In this document: positions 25,108-39,870 of the stretch, piece after piece | Position numbering within the stretch: the stretch's first letter is position 1 | How the letters are laid out: every line of letters starts with the position of its first letter | Source: Tubulanus polymorphus | Taxonomy: Eukaryota; Animalia; Nemertea | NCBI RefSeq assembly: GCF_964204645.1 | Contig: NC_134029.1 | Coordinates: forward strand, 11,868,850-11,932,849 | DNA length: 64,000 bases | Reading direction: 5' to 3' | The notes under the pieces: generated by a model | The model's input: only the letters and a program-made list of their open reading frames with translations | Databases searched by the model: none | Told to the model about the DNA's origin: nothing | Position numbers and translations under genes: made by a program

Positions 25108-26039
25108 TTAGCTTACAACTGAAATGATGCGGGTTATTCTGTTCAATTGGATAAATATGAATATTACATAACATGACTAATGGGTAAATGATATCAAAGT
25201 TGACAACACTCATTTGATGTAAATTATGCTTATTACTATGTAGGCCCAAGGTGAAGGGTTAGGGAATATGAGCGTAAATATGATCCTTAAAAAATAAGCC
25301 GATTTCTTGCAGTGAAACAAAGGAAAATATTGGTACTGAGCATTTTTTTTCTTGTTGAATTTCTAATTAAGTGCGGTTGCATTGTTGTTTTCATTTAGTG
25401 AAATCGGTGTAAAATGCTATTAACGTATTTTGTAGCATATGTGAATGGTTCATTCCACTTGATATGGTTTTGTAGGGGGTGGTGTATTGGAAATATTGAG
25501 ATTTTTGTTTAAGTCTAACTCCTTTTAATTTGATTTATTTGAACATCATTTTTAGCCTGTAAATTTGGGTGGCATGCCATTCTATTGCCTAGGAAATAGA
25601 GGGTGTCAATATGTCTTATTCTGGTACTTACTTTGTCACATATACATGCACAGACAAACAGGGTCTCATACAGATTGGATATGTTTTCACCCCACCACTA
25701 AGAATGATGAATGAATGCAGGTCATCAGGATATCCTGATCTGTTTTACTGATTACTGACAACACTGACATCATCATGGAGGGCTTCCTTCTTTGATACGA
25801 TTCATGTGGGCACAAGGAGTAGGTAGTCTAATTCTTCGAACTCACATTTACAATTTATATTAAATTTTTCCTTTAAATAGGGATTTCTTAAAATTTTTAC
25901 ATGGGCAATGATGGTGTTGGTTATATTTTTACTCTGAATGACAGTTTTAGTAAAACAGTTATTCTGAACTATCTATTCATCTGTGTGGAGAGAGAATCCA
26001 GTTGTGGGATGTTTTTGTTTTGAAGATGCTTCTATGGAT

Positions 26040-26761
26040 TGACTTGATGTTTGATTTATGTGTATATCTATCCTAGACATATCTACAGGCCAAACACTAG
26101 ATCAGATTGTTGACCAGCAGTCAATTTCCTTGATGTTTGATATACATATGTATCCCCTTGGACCCATCATCATAGGAAAAATTGGGTTTGTCGGACCCAA
26201 AATGACTGTACCATGACCATATTTGTGCCCAAAAACGTCATTTTTTCGCTTGATTCCTTTGAGCTGTAGCTTACTAATTTTGCTAAGTTTACCATCTTTT
26301 GTTGAAATTCTTGATTGGCATACTTTGGGAAGGGTCTTTTAACATATCATTATGATCATGGTATTTCGACAGTCAGTTTTGATGCATTTGGCATGTGACA
26401 CTTTCACTTCTAATTTGGGTTTCCTTCCTTTGTATTCCACACCAGAGGAGGTACGTAGGTAACAAATTATATATAATTTTTCCATTTATATTATGTTTAC
26501 ATGTTTTGTAACCACAATCAATTACAGAATTGTAGCTCATAACATGCTCTATGGTGAGTTTCAAGATCATTGAATTCTGCGTATATTCACCAGGGGGCGT
26601 ATTTTCACAATTGCAAAACTCTAATCCTTGCCATGCTCTTTGATAATAATGGTGACTCTCAAACTCATTGATTATAGGCCTATGCATTTTTTCACCAGGG
26701 CGTGTTGAATATTCAATGGTCAGATTGTCAAACATTCCATTTGGTGTCCCTGGATTTCTAG
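26040..26761 (+). mobile_element. Old, diverged HINE-like family A copy
   Basis: Contains caccagggggcgt monomer cores and the family 3' end ggtgtccctggatttctag. Confidence 0.6.
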
Positions 26762-28063
26762 CTTCAATAGTTTTAAGCCTATTATCACCTAGGCCTATGT
26801 GAATGAGTTACAAAATGCCATAATTGAATGCCTTTTTAGACGCAATTCTGAAAATAAGTTACCAATTTAGGCACTTTTCTAGAGTATGAACAGATTCAAA
26901 TCGTAAGATTTTCTAAATCCACAAATCTATTTTCCTTAGCTTACTGGCCATGTTGGCTATATTATTCTGTTGGTTAGGCCTATATGCCCTGGACAAAGTT
27001 GAGGGATATCATGGTTATAGCTGTAACTCAAAATCAGTTGAGATAAATCCTTATTGCCATGGTTAGGGTGTGTATTGGCATGAAGATGAACCATATTTAA
27101 TATTGAAGGTTTACAATCACATTGAAGATGGAGCTGACTTGTGGACATTCATTCCAAAATGGAGATTTTGCTCTTATTGAATGAATTCCATGTAGAGGGT
27201 TGATATTTCGCATGAGAATGGTGTATGACGTAATATATTGTAAATTGAATCTAGGTCAAAATGCTATATGAGATGGCTGACTTGGGAGCTGTCTTTGATT
27301 TCAAAAATATATATTTTGCCCAATAATGGTGAATGTATTTCATATGGAACAATGATCTCTGACTTAGGAATTATTTGATTAAGGGATACCTGATGAGAAA
27401 CCAATCAATGCATGGCAATTTTTAACTTAAACGGCGTTGATTCTGGACCTAGTTTGGGCGGTGGTTTTGGGGATTTCTTGGGGATATGTGTTCGCAAGGC
27501 GGATCTAGTTGCCATCTGTGAAATTCTAGTTTCATTCAGCGGATAAATGAGTTTGAGTTGATTAATGTAGTTTAGTTTGGATGACAACTGAATCAAGTCA
27601 TAACTCATTTTTATCATTCATTTTGCTAAGACCATTCAGATAGTGCTATTATATTTTTCCGTCCATTTATAATGAAGCCGTCTTTGTCTTACACCTCAAG
27701 GACGTGCTGGGATAGGTTGTCTGAAGATTTACTGATATACAAACGGATCTGAGTTGATGACATCATTAATCTGAATTTCCCTACCACCACGATTGGGTAT
27801 TAATGCCAGTTGTGTCACTGCTGGAAATTTAGGAATTATAACATATTGCAATTTCACATTTTCCTCACTTTTTGATGCATTCCTATCTTTATTCTCTCAG
27901 TGGATCTATACTCAGGACTAGGTTTCACTAAGAACAATTAACCCTTAATTCGAATTTTATCCCTAATTAAGAATAAACTATTTCAGATTTTTTCGGAGAG
28001 CATATCACTAAAGCAAATTTTCAAACTTTTAGCCATTCTATGAAATACAAATAGATTAGGATT

Positions 28064-28166
28064 TTAGGGTTTTCTGGCCATTTAGTAGAAAACCCTATTT
28101 TTATTCATTTGACCATTATTATTATGATTGTTATTATCATTACTATTATTGTTATTGTTATTACTC
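28064..28166 (+). mobile_element. 5' end of a HINE-like element (family C): hairpin plus (ATT)n microsatellite
   Basis: tagggttttct-ggccatttagt-agaaaacccta followed by a degenerate att/gtt repeat; 3' end not located. Confidence 0.45.
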
Positions 28167-28823
28167 TGGCACCGTTTCTCTTCTCGGAGCCCCGATTCCT
28201 AGATATGATTAAATCCTAAATGGATTTGAGATAAACTGAATTGATTAAAATTAAATCTGTTATTTAATTTTGAGAAAAATGTTTCACAAAAATGTTACTC
28301 TAAACATGGTTTGATTGCCATTGTTAGCTTCATATTTTTAGCAAAGAATACATTTCAAACATAACTGTTTTAGACATACATGCGTACTCGTTCATGAAAC
28401 TAGGGAGTGGGATATTTCTTATCCAATATTTCGCTTCAGATTAACTGATTGTCTGTAGAAATATGAATATGTACATTTAGAATCTCATTGTTGCAGAAAG
28501 TCATCTTAATTTTTCTACGTAGAAACTATAATATAGTTTTGGTTGCAAATCTGTTTGGTTGAAATGAATGAGTACTTCAGACCCTATTGTGTCGTCAAAA
28601 TGATTGTAATTTTTCTCCACAAGACTTGCTAGGTTTAGGTTATATACAATTATGATAGTGAGTGCCTTGCTAGGTTTTGGTTATACACAATTATGATAGT
28701 GAGTGCCATGTTTGCTTTTCCCTGGGTATAAAAAATTGAAAATAGTTTTTGTTACATTAATTAGATTAAAGCATTAATCAATGGCAATGTGTCATTTTAT
28801 ATTGAGCCTTTGTCACCAGATTG

Positions 28824-28978
28824 TAAGGCTAAAAAAAGGATACTTTGTTTCTCATAATCAGTCAGGTCTCTTTAGTTGACTGTGAATCAAATTTGTAATC
28901 AGGTCATTTCTATAACTACTGGGTCAACTTAAAAGCTCAGCAGAAATGAGAAACAAAGTATCAACTTTATTAGCCTTA
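28824..28978. mobile_element. Short MITE
   Basis: taaggctaaaaaaaggatactttgtttctcat mirrors atgagaaacaaagtatcaactttattagcctta. Confidence 0.65.
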
Positions 28979-29410
28979 TGTATAAAAATTTATAATCATT
29001 CGTGGAATGCTGCATATGAGGTTTGGTTAAAGCCTTGATTCCCCTTGGCTGAGATATAGTCAAGCAGTCTCTGGAATCTTTTATTGCAGCAAGCTAGTTT
29101 AACCATGTTTGGGCTTGGTATTTAAACAACTTGTAAATTACGAATTATTGTATGCCAGTTCAGTGGTTTTGCTTATGCGAGCTGTGTGAATCAGTCATTT
29201 CAAGGGGTTATGAATATTTTTTGAACTCCCATTTGATGACTCATTGATATCTTGCGTGTACTTTCCATGTGAGCTGATTATTTTTGAGACTTAAATTCAG
29301 AGATAAAGATAAAGGGTCTCGCTTAGTGTTTACATGTTACACACACACACATATAATATTCTTTTACACACATGTATGTTCAGTGTGGTTTGTGAGCTGC
29401 TCCGGTTAGA

Positions 29411-30203
29411 AGGGGCACTAAGGTCGCCCTTACAGCTGGGACTACAACTAGAAGCGATTGATTCGAGCAGCGATCGTCAGCGACTGGTTTTTTGCCAGTT
29501 GCGGTGACCTGAGCGCATCTACAACTGACGGCGACGGAAAACCTGCCAGTCGCTATGAGTTGAACATGTGTTGAACTTTCAGCAACGCGTCACAGCGACT
29601 ACCACTAGTTGTGCCACTAGTTGTGCGGCGTTTATGTCGACCTGAGCGCTTCTGCAACCAGTTTCCGATATCCAACTAAGAGGACCTTCACTTTGCCGCT
29701 GTTTATGGGTTCAGTCCTGCTATATAATGTTTATTTAAATAATTTCATTTTGGCCACTTCTTGTCAATAACTTACTTTTTGTTCATTCTATAAACACTGA
29801 TAAAGAGTACAGTCTTCATCTTGAAATTGACTCTAAAAAGTGATTTTTGAACGAAAATGACAAACTACTTTATCGCCTTATCGTCGGCAGATTGAATCGA
29901 ATTGAATCGATGAATCCCTGCAATGAGATGTGGCTTAATTTGCTTAAATCAAGAAATATTTGAACTAAATATTCAGTCAGAAACAAACATACGCGCTGAT
30001 AAACATGGGCTGTGATCACGTGATCAATTAAATCGTGCTTTGCAGCAACAGTTGTAGGCGACCTGAACACGCAGCTGATAAACGTTGAATGTTTTGATCA
30101 GTTGCTAGCAGTTGTCGCTAGTTCTTGTTGTAAGCGACCTGAGCGCAGTCTACAACTAGTGGTCTTCAGTTGTGTCACATCGTAGGGCGACCTGAGTGCC
30201 CCT
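29411..30203. mobile_element. Harbinger-like non-autonomous element
   Basis: TIR aggggcact(a/c)aggtcgccct at both ends; subterminal gcgacctgagcgc and actagttg repeats; TSD degenerate (gaa/taa). Confidence 0.7.
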
Positions 30204-30937
30204 AAAGATGATTCCTGAACAATAACCTGATTGCATCTGTTTACAATACTGCCATGGAGAAACTCTATTGCTCAATGCAGTAAAGGTGCTGATTCATCTT
30301 GGTCTGACAATCATTTTGTGATATCAGGAAGGGGTGATAAGATCTGCAATATCAGGTTTTAGTAATATTTATGAGTCTTCTGTTAAAAACAAAATATAGG
30401 TTTCAAATTAATGACAAAGGCCTAACTAACACAAGACTAACACAAGTCAGTTGTCCTAGTTAGATTGCCCTTTAGGGTATACGGATCTCCCGAGACCACC
30501 AAATCTTATGCGACATGGCTGAATTCTGAGTTGAATTCTAAAAACAAATTTTCAATAAAGATTTTGGCACTTTTGGTAATAATGAAATCAAAGCCTCATT
30601 TTATCATTCCATAGCATACATTTTATCTTCCTAGCAGGGATGTATACATTTGTATACATACAAACGAATACTTAGTAGTGCTTCAAATCAGATATCTTTT
30701 ATGGTACACAAATGATAATTGAAGAAACACATTAAATCACTAATTACATTTATGTATTGATACGATTTCGTTGGTATTTTTCTTCTTAAAACCTTGCCAG
30801 TGATCGATACATGTACAAGGGAGAATTCACACTTGGACACGTGAAGGAATAAATACGAGAAAGAAATTTGTCAAAGGTGGTCGGAATTCGAACTCGAACA
30901 GCTGATTTAGATTTTTGCGTGATAAAAGCTTAGTTAA

Positions 30938-31225
30938 CCCTCTCAGTGCTGACTAATTAATACCCTATAGTGCTGGAGAAAATTTGAAAATTCTAAAAAA
31001 TTCCACCCTAGTGTGTTGAACAATGGGAATACCACTATAGTGCGTCTACACCGCAGTGCGGTGTATCGTTAGTTACTAGTATTTCACTATGTTTGACACT
31101 TGCTGCCATTTTTCAATAGAGATAATTACAAATTACTAATTACATCAATACACCGCAGTGCGGTGTACTAGCAAAATCCATCACTGATTCATACACCGCA
31201 CTGCGGTGTAGACGCACTGAAAGGG
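30938..31225. mobile_element. piggyBac-type MITE (288 bp)
   Basis: TTAA|ccctctcagtgc ... gcactgaaaggg|TTAA; three internal copies of the palindrome tacaccgca(g/c)tgcggtgta. Confidence 0.85.
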
Positions 31226-34200
31226 TTAAGGAAATCTGAAAATTTGCCTGACTTCATCAGAGTCTACTGTATATGTGTGTTTACATCTAATCATGCTTTA
31301 ATTCCCACTCGGTAATTGGATGACGTATTTTATTGGAATGTTATTGATTTAAGTGAACGCTGTCCTCGTCTAAAATGCTGATGATTTGACTGTGATGGTC
31401 GTCAGTTGAATTTTCGTATAGGTCAGATCTGTTTTTCATGGAACACATCCATTACCTTGACATAATATGACAATTTGTCTTTATATATATCGCTGACCAG
31501 AGACTGTGAGCCTTGTAATACAAGAGATCAGGACAAATTTATCAAAGATCTCCTACCCTCCCTTCTTGGCAGTTAGTTGTTACTAGCAATACTGAAAGTT
31601 TACCATTCACTCTATATCTCTTTACACCCTGGTAAATATTTAGTCAAATAATATTTATTATAGTACTACATGTCACCCCAAAGGGTTTTGCCTGTCCCGC
31701 TGTTAATTGTTGAAACAACATGCATGCACAGCATCATGTACATTGTCAAGGTCATGCAAACATAATATTTTTTAAAGAATGTAAAAATTCTCCAATGATC
31801 TAGTAGTAAATCTAGTCCATGGTACATATTTTAGAAGCAGGCTGACGTGAAAATATGATTCCGATTGACGTGAAGACATGAATAATTTAGCTTCGCAATG
31901 TGGTGTTTTTCACACCATTTCATAAGTCACCAGCATCAATAAGTCTCTCTCCTTCCCTTTCATCAAAGCAATGTCTTATTTTTCCTCATTTTAGTAGTTC
32001 TTTGATCATTGTTGTGTTTTTATCTTCTGTTTTGTGCAGTTAGTCCAGTCAATTCTACATCCATTTCTGAAGACTCTTGACCCCTTGTGATGATTAATGA
32101 ATCCTCACTGGTACATCATTTTAAGTTGTTAGGTAGCAGAAAAATAGCTAAACCGATTTTGGGGAACCAAACTACTGTGAAAATGTGTCAACTAGGTCAT
32201 ATACCGAATAATATGATTCATAATGATCTTTCCATTCTGTTGTTTTTACTTTTCTCATTGACATACGTACTAGAAGTAGTAGTTGGTTGCACAAACACTA
32301 TTTCAGTATTTATGTTGGATAAGTCTAATTGGATCCAATCTGACTCCAGTCAAGCTTGCGTTCTTCATAAGATTGACGTTTATTTCGACTTGTAGAATTT
32401 TGCTATTCTTTTATCAGCCTGTACACATGTCAGCTTACTCTAAGTTTTGCAAGCTAGATAATGAGCAAGCTATTGTCCACCGATGAATATTGCCAGTGCC
32501 TGCATACTGCTCAATGCAACAAAAATTCAAAACGCCAAGAAATCACCTAGTGTGCACCGGCTTTAGTGCAATAAAAGTGATTTTGCTCTGGTAGGTATGT
32601 AGCAGTAAACCAGTATCAGATTGTCCTGAACATTAAGTTCATGAGATTCCAGATGTACTGCAACACTCCATCCAGATGGTTACAGCATGCGTGCACCTGG
32701 CCCCTGTAATCCTGATCAGTTTTCTTCTTGCAGTTGTTGATGTTCTCTCAGTTCAAATCTCAATACAATAAATTGCTAAATGTCTTTTGAGTCATTTTCA
32801 ACTGTTAAATTTGATTGAGCGTTGAAGTACCATAAGCAGGATCCCTTGACATACTTTTAAAAGGACAATAGCCATGTCACGCAAGCATTTTTGGCCCAAA
32901 TTTGGCCTGACTGAAAACGTTGAACCTGGACTGAGACTAATTTTTGATAAATGTTTACGTGTGAATTGCAACTGGTTCCAGAACTGACTCGTATCACTTT
33001 TTTGAGCATTGTTAAATATCAAGGGAGTGGTTTACATGCGAACACGCTCACTAATTAGGCATTGGCCAAATTTTACTGGGGCCTGATTCGCCTCAATTTG
33101 GCCAGGCCAAATCTTCTCTGTTTGATTGTGGCTAATATTTTAGGATTTGATTGGATTTCCTGTTTTTCAAGAAGGGTTTCACTCTTGATTTCTCTATATT
33201 TCTGTCGTGATTCTGACAATGACTTATCTTTATATGTTGTTATTCGGTATGTGGAGGAGATGTGATGGCCCTTGTGACTGGCATCTCAACCAGTCACTGT
33301 TTCTGTTTAGAAAATCCTATCGATTTTGAGAATTATTTGCTGTGCAGGAAATTTGAGATGAACATTTGCTGGCACTTAAAGTGGTAAGCCATGCTTTTTA
33401 TTTTCCCTTATTGATCATCATTATTTTGACAGAAGACTAAATTTATCTGACTGCGGTGACATCCGATTTAGATGTTATTTATATCTCATATAGACCTATT
33501 GTTTCACAAAATTATTTCAATAAACATCCAAGTTAAACAATTAGTTGATCGAATCCTATTTTCTTGAAATGCTATGACTCATTGCGCTTTGCAGTATAAA
33601 GCATTATGGATAATGAAACCTCTGAACGAAAAAGATATATAACTACAAAATATGTGAGTGGTGCGTGAACAGTGTGACAGGTCTTCATATTCCTATTATT
33701 ATTCCAATCTACGTATTCTTGAAGACATTCACACTGTGCGTCATTGCCCTGGATTTTTGAAATCTTAATATCTGTCATGATTGGATTGACCATCATAATC
33801 TGATAAAAGTTAGTGATTCATTTTGTTGACCAAACTGACAAAATAACAATATCACCTTTGAATTATTCTATGACTCCTGCCCTTTCAATCATCATAGCAT
33901 ACGTATATATAGCCGGAGTGGTGTAGAAAAAGGATTTTGTTTTTCTAGGTTAAGGTTTCAATGAGGTGAAGATGGTTTTGTAATGTACTATTATCCCAAG
34001 TGACAGGGTAACTCTGCCCTGTCAGTATTGACTAAAAAGTTTGATGAATATGGATGACTGAATCAATAGAAATTCATTGTTGTGGTTTTTGGCTATGGAT
34101 TATCCTATTGTTATTCTTGGTTTCGGTTTTATAGACTGGTATTAACTTAAACCCGGGGGCTAACTCAATTCATTTAACTCCCGGGTTGATGCTAATACTA

Positions 34201-37200
34201 CTCTATAAAATTGGCCCCTTAATTTTTCTGCTTGTAGGAATGAAAAGCATGGCCATTAATGATAAGAGTCTGCATTTATGTATATTGCACTCTTTTTCTA
34301 GCCTCAAGGAAAGGTGGAAGATCGTAAATGATGAGTATGATATGCTGAGTTACTCTGTAGTATATGTGATTGAGTGTCAGTGTGTTGTGGTTTGGTAAAC
34401 TCTCCACCCGATGTCTGGGAAAATGTTGTACCAGGCACGTGAACTGGAGTAGTGATACACCTGGTTTATCTTGCTTTTACCTTGGGTTTACTATTGCAAT
34501 AAGTAGCACTGGCGTATACACAGTGCGTGCCAGTGTGTGCCAATCTCTGAAAGTTACTCATCAACATCTTTTTCTCACGTGTCATAGGACATTGTTACTG
34601 ATTCAAACCTGCTATGAGACAGTTGATATGCCAGCACATATTTCATTTCACATGAGTTGGTGAAGTTTAACAGTCCAATGATTCATTGATAAGACTCTAA
34701 TTTTTATGTCACTGATTTTCTGATCATGTCATATCAACTCATTATATTTCCATATCGTGTGATCATGTTTAATATGATGAGATGAACATAAATTTTTCAC
34801 AGATTTCTTGTTGTACTGTTTCATTTGTCATATATACCCATGGGCAACGTTTTTTCCTGTGGAATAAAACCAGATAAGACTGATCCGCATGGTGCAGAGC
34901 GGAAACTGTCAAGAGCAGAAATCAACTGGATTGCTTCATAACTTCCTAGCATGTAGAGATAAGAATCTGAAAATGTGGTGGGCCATAAAGAAATGTAACT
35001 GTTTGATCTAACAAAAGTTTAATACTCTTCCTTACATAAGATACCATGGCATCAATTGGAAATGGTCAGTCTTCATTTCTTATTAATAAAGATTTTAGCC
35101 TAGGCCTACTTAGGGTGTAGCCCCAGTGGGTAATGTGCTAACTTTTTGTCCATTTAAAATATGAACATTAACTGGTTTTAACTTAAAGGTCTTTTAACGT
35201 GAACTTTGGATTCTCCCTACCAGACAGGCGCATTAATGATTCTGTTATTCGGGAGCAATTGGTTTCACTGTTTTTGTTATCCAGTGGGTATGGTGTATTA
35301 GAATTGTTAAGGGCATGTCATCCTACGACCCCTAGTTGAAGATGCTACACCTCACTTATCAAGTGAAGTTTTGGCATTGCCAATGTCATTGACTTATGGT
35401 GTGCATAGGCCACTAAGGGTTAAAACCAACACAATCAAGTAACAAAAAGCTTTCATTGATCTTTGGTTGAGATTCGTTCTTTTCACTCAAAGTACAAAGA
35501 AATGAAAAGGCATCAATGAAGTTCCAACCTAGATCCCCCCTCCCGGTCTTCCGGCTCGAGATGATAAAAATCACTGGTTAATATTCATACAAAAAAGAAT
35601 ATAAGTGTTGTTAAGGTTCTCCTCTGTGATATTAATTTGGCGTTTGTGACATGATAAAAGCTGTAACCAACTAGTGCTTAAACACAGGGAAAACAACCTC
35701 AGTGAAATGTTCAAGTTCTGAATAGACTGCACATATCAACCTATAGAAACCACAATGGAGAGTGTTTGTGAGAAAGTTACCTAGTGACCGAACCGGTCAC
35801 TGGGTATGATCTCGGATCAGATTATTGCTATTTTTATATGGATAATTCTTGTTTCTCTCAATTTCACGAGCTTTGATCCAATTCATGGTAGTTTCAATCC
35901 AAGTGTGCATACGCAGGCGCGTTGGAAGTAATTTTTGATTGCTGCGGCCAAATACTGATTTTGGACAGGTTCAGCTTTCGCCGCTGCAGTTGCTCACTTC
36001 CAAACGCCACTGACATAGCAATGCAGTGTGCTTATATTGTGTTCAGTATTCCACTATCAAGTGCAATGCCAATGATTTGGTGATTGTAACTAAAAAAATG
36101 TTCTAAAACAAAATTTGTGTGCGAAGACAAATAGCAGGAATTGTTCACTTCATTTCCTCGGAATATCTTCTGTCTATCTAAATATATCTTCGAAAAAGGG
36201 CCTATGCCATGAATGAAGTGAAGGAATCAATTTGCCATGGTTCCTAGTCATGGTTCAATGATTGTCGAAACTGGACCATATTGTAATTTTATGTTGTCAG
36301 TTTCGTCATGAGCTATACCAAGGCCAGGCTGGTGAGCTGCATATTGGGATTAGGATTTGACAGATTGTTGATGGGATTATCACAAAAGATTACTATGTAT
36401 CCAGTAAAGGAATTACGGTGCATACTGTAAGAAACATGTCAGATATGCTTTGCATGCGTTGTGTGTAAGCCAACAATAACTTGCAAAAAAAAAAATCTGC
36501 GGTAATGGGCTTTCTGCTGGTACAGGATATTGAGTCAGCAATACTGGGGTTGGTAGGTTTGGCATTGTATGAAAATTGAAATTAATTAGAAGCTGCAGTG
36601 TTTGAAACTCATCTGTTTGTGCTTTACACTTTCGATGTGCGATTAGTGCCATTTAAAAATTTGTCATTCAAAGATGAAACTATGAGTAGATAATTCTTTA
36701 AAACATTCCAGTTATGTAGTAATTAACGTTCAGAGTTAGGTATTTTTTGGCAAAAATTTGATACATCTAAAACAATTCTATTGTTACTGAATTTCTGTTA
36801 GGCCTATATAAAAGCCCGATATGGGTCCGAACAAATGGATCAGAAATTTATGTACTGGTCTTTGCCATTAGTTAAGTATCATAATTTGTTTGACATTGAG
36901 AAACAATATTCATAGGCCTAATATGATACTATTACATACAGTTGCCTCTCACATGCTTTTGTGTATGTTGCAAGATGTTTTCCTGGTGATGCACTGATAG
37001 CTCAACATTGACATTTGTGTCTCCGAAATATTAACGACTATTTTACTTTTGGAATACATTTATTACAACTGAAATAACATTCCAAATAGACTTTATTTCT
37101 AAATTATAATTAGGCAAAAATATGTGCCATGTTTATTTGTCATATTTAGAGTTCATGAGAAGGAAGAAAATCATACTTGACAACTTAAGCCACATTCACC

Positions 37201-38942
37201 CTCCAAATTCACATTCTTGTTCATGTTTACAAATTGTCTGGAATTCGTGTTTTCTGTGCCGTTAAAGCAAATTTTAAATTGTATAGCCCGAATCGTATTT
37301 CGTAGTCCGGTCCTATAATTGCGGAACTAAATCAAGTGTTGCCATCGATCCATGGTGGCAAGAACTTATGGTGTTTAACTCTTTCATTGCCAATTTCACA
37401 GGCAACAATGGCCACTGTGTCAAATTTCGGATTGTGAGCGCGTGTTTTCTCTGGGACATTTTGCTATTAGCCAAATGTTTAACATGTTTGATAATTTTCA
37501 ACGCAAGTATGCATGCGTGTGGGGAACTCGGTGACATGGATTACTAGAATTGATTAAGGTCATGATTTCCCCAATCTGGATTTTCAGGTGTGGAGATTCA
37601 ATACAGACAGCAGAATTCCCTTTATCCAAATAAATGCCACAAGGGTGATGAAAAGGTCCTTGTAAATGCTGTAGATGTAGTTAGTGTTATTTGATGCATG
37701 CCCGCGCATTTTTCAGTTGGTGGAAGGGTGTGCAGGGATTTGGCTGTGGAAGGAGGCTATTTTTCTGCGCTAAGTGCGCACAAACTTTGCGCAGCCAAGA
37801 TGAGTACGGAATACTTGCTCCTGTAAGAGCAGCTGAATTCTAAACAAAAAGCAATTCTTCGAATATAACTCTAACTCTGCTATTGCTTCCTTTATTTCAT
37901 CCCATAAGTATATCTTGTTAAATAGTCCCTTTTAATTTGTTTATATATGGTGTGAGCCAAATATCATATTTTTCTAATGAAACTTGGTCACGTTGCAATG
38001 TAAGTAATGAATGCATATTTAGCGATTTTTTCATTATGGATATCTCGCAATATCAATTAATAGCTGACACGAGTTTTGTCGTCGATTTATGTAGGTTTAT
38101 ATCATTTATTCGTGGTATGAAATGATTTTGATGGTTTATGATTAAGATAGCGCCAAGTAATTTATAAAAAAGAAGGATATAATCAGGGCAAAGGCTCGGC
38201 TTGATGATTATGTCAGTAGAGAAGGATTTTTTATGATACTGAATAAATAATGTGCGCTGCTGCCTGTAGTAGCCTGTGTATAGCAGCACAGATGGATCAG
38301 TCAAGAGTTAGCAATGGCAATATATTTGGTCTGATCCTTTATTTAAATTTTGACAATGGATTACCATTGAAGGCAGGATAGGATAAGGAAGATCCATTAT
38401 GAGAATATGTAACCAGTCATCTGTGCGTACCACTGATGGGTATGGTTCAATGATAGGTCCACTGATAGGTATGGTTCAATGATTGTAATGTACATAAGAC
38501 AATAGGGTTAAGCACTCATGGCCCTACAATTCTGATAGTATCAAGTATCAACTCGCTTATCCCTCATTGCTGTAGCAGAATGTAGCAACAATGCCACAAT
38601 AATAATATCATCAGTGAAAATGACAGTAGGAAAAAATGCCACCTATTGATTTTTTTCAATGAATGGTTGATAAATGGCTATTAGTTTTTAGCTGAAACGT
38701 CGCTCAAATATATATACATTTCTATTCAAGAACTTTGCATTTTTGGCTTAATTATTGTGGGATTTCTCGCGTTTATTCATCATACACGGATATTGTGTAT
38801 CTAATCGACTCTAAGGATGATAATAAACTGTAACAGTTTAATTTCACACTTCTATCGAGATTATATACACGTCCGAAGTATGTATGATAAATTAACTGCT
38901 GATTAAGAATTTGATTTAAACTAGCAATAGACTAATCATTTT

Positions 38943-39081
38943 TAGCCCACTGAAGACTAGTCCCAGCTGGCTATTGCATTCGCTGTTTGTCTGTCGGGAC
39001 CGAATCCTGTTTTTTTGGGAAGTTTTAAAGCCAGTTCTATGGATCTGTCTTGATATATACAGTTCATACATGTATCTACCC
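38943..39081 (+). mobile_element. HINE-like family A 5' fragment
   Basis: ttttagcccactgaagactagtcccagctggctattgc...ttttgggaagtttt...catgtatctaccct. Confidence 0.6.
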
Positions 39082-39143
39082 TGCCCTAGGGATCATGATG
39101 ATGTATCTTGATGGTATGCTGCTCATACTGAGAAATATAAGCT

Positions 39144-39470
39144 CAGGGGCGGCGGAAGCTGTTGGACATTGGGTAGGCCACACGGTTAAGTGGAACTTTT
39201 CGAGAAGATAAAGGTACTGTTCATTCACTGAAACGGCAAGCTGCGTAGTGGCGCAATCTGAGTGGACGCCTGCCGGAGCTAGGAGGACACCCCTACAAGT
39301 TTTCCAAAAGATTTTGAAAAATAGCTTTGAAAGATGCCTCTAGCGATCCAATTTGAGACAAATCAGGTTATGCTTGAATATACAAGACATGAATGAATTT
39401 AAGCGGAACTTGGGGAGAAATAGTTGGGTCAAACATGGTCTACCCAGTTGACCTGGTTCTGCCACCCCTG
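39144..39470. mobile_element. hAT-like MITE
   Basis: caggggcggcggaa mirrors ttctgccacccctg; TSD not clean. Confidence 0.5.
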
Positions 39471-39728
39471 TAGCTGCGATCACACAAGAGGTTTTTGCCT
39501 GGCTAAACTGTTCAGATGGGTGCCAAATGAGTGAATGCTCGACTTGTGAACGCGTTCTCTAAATAGGCACAGGCCAAATTTGACTTAGGCCAGATCTGTG
39601 CCAATTTGGCCCAGGCAAAATCATCTCTGTGATCCTGGCTATTGTGTAACTCGCCCTGTGCTGTATTTATCAGAATGTGATAAGTAATTGCATTTGTCTT
39701 TTTCTATGTTTCAGATGATAGATAAAAC

Positions 39729-39870
39729 ATGAGGCCATGTAGAGTGTGGTCATTATGGCGAGTGCCTGTGCAGCTAATTTTATTCATTACGTTCCTGATT
39801 CTCAATCGTTCGGGTCACACCCTCAGCTGGCAGATTTACTATAAACCAAACAGCAGATTTGTCATCACAG
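39729..39870 (+). CDS. Semaphorin (Sema1a/Sema6-like) first coding exon: signal peptide
   Basis: Acceptor ttttctatgtttcag ends at 39714, with an in-frame TAA upstream of ATG 39729. Reads MRPCRVWSLWRVPVQLILFITFLILNRSGHTLSWQIYYKPNSRFVIT (hydrophobic core, then SWQ as in Sema1a). Donor CAG|GTAAGT; phase 1 matches the next exon. Confidence 0.82.

Noticed and set aside
28626-28708. 41-bp tandem duplication (also a 29-bp pair at ~38430-38484)
   Set aside because: Ordinary local slippage duplications with no further structure.
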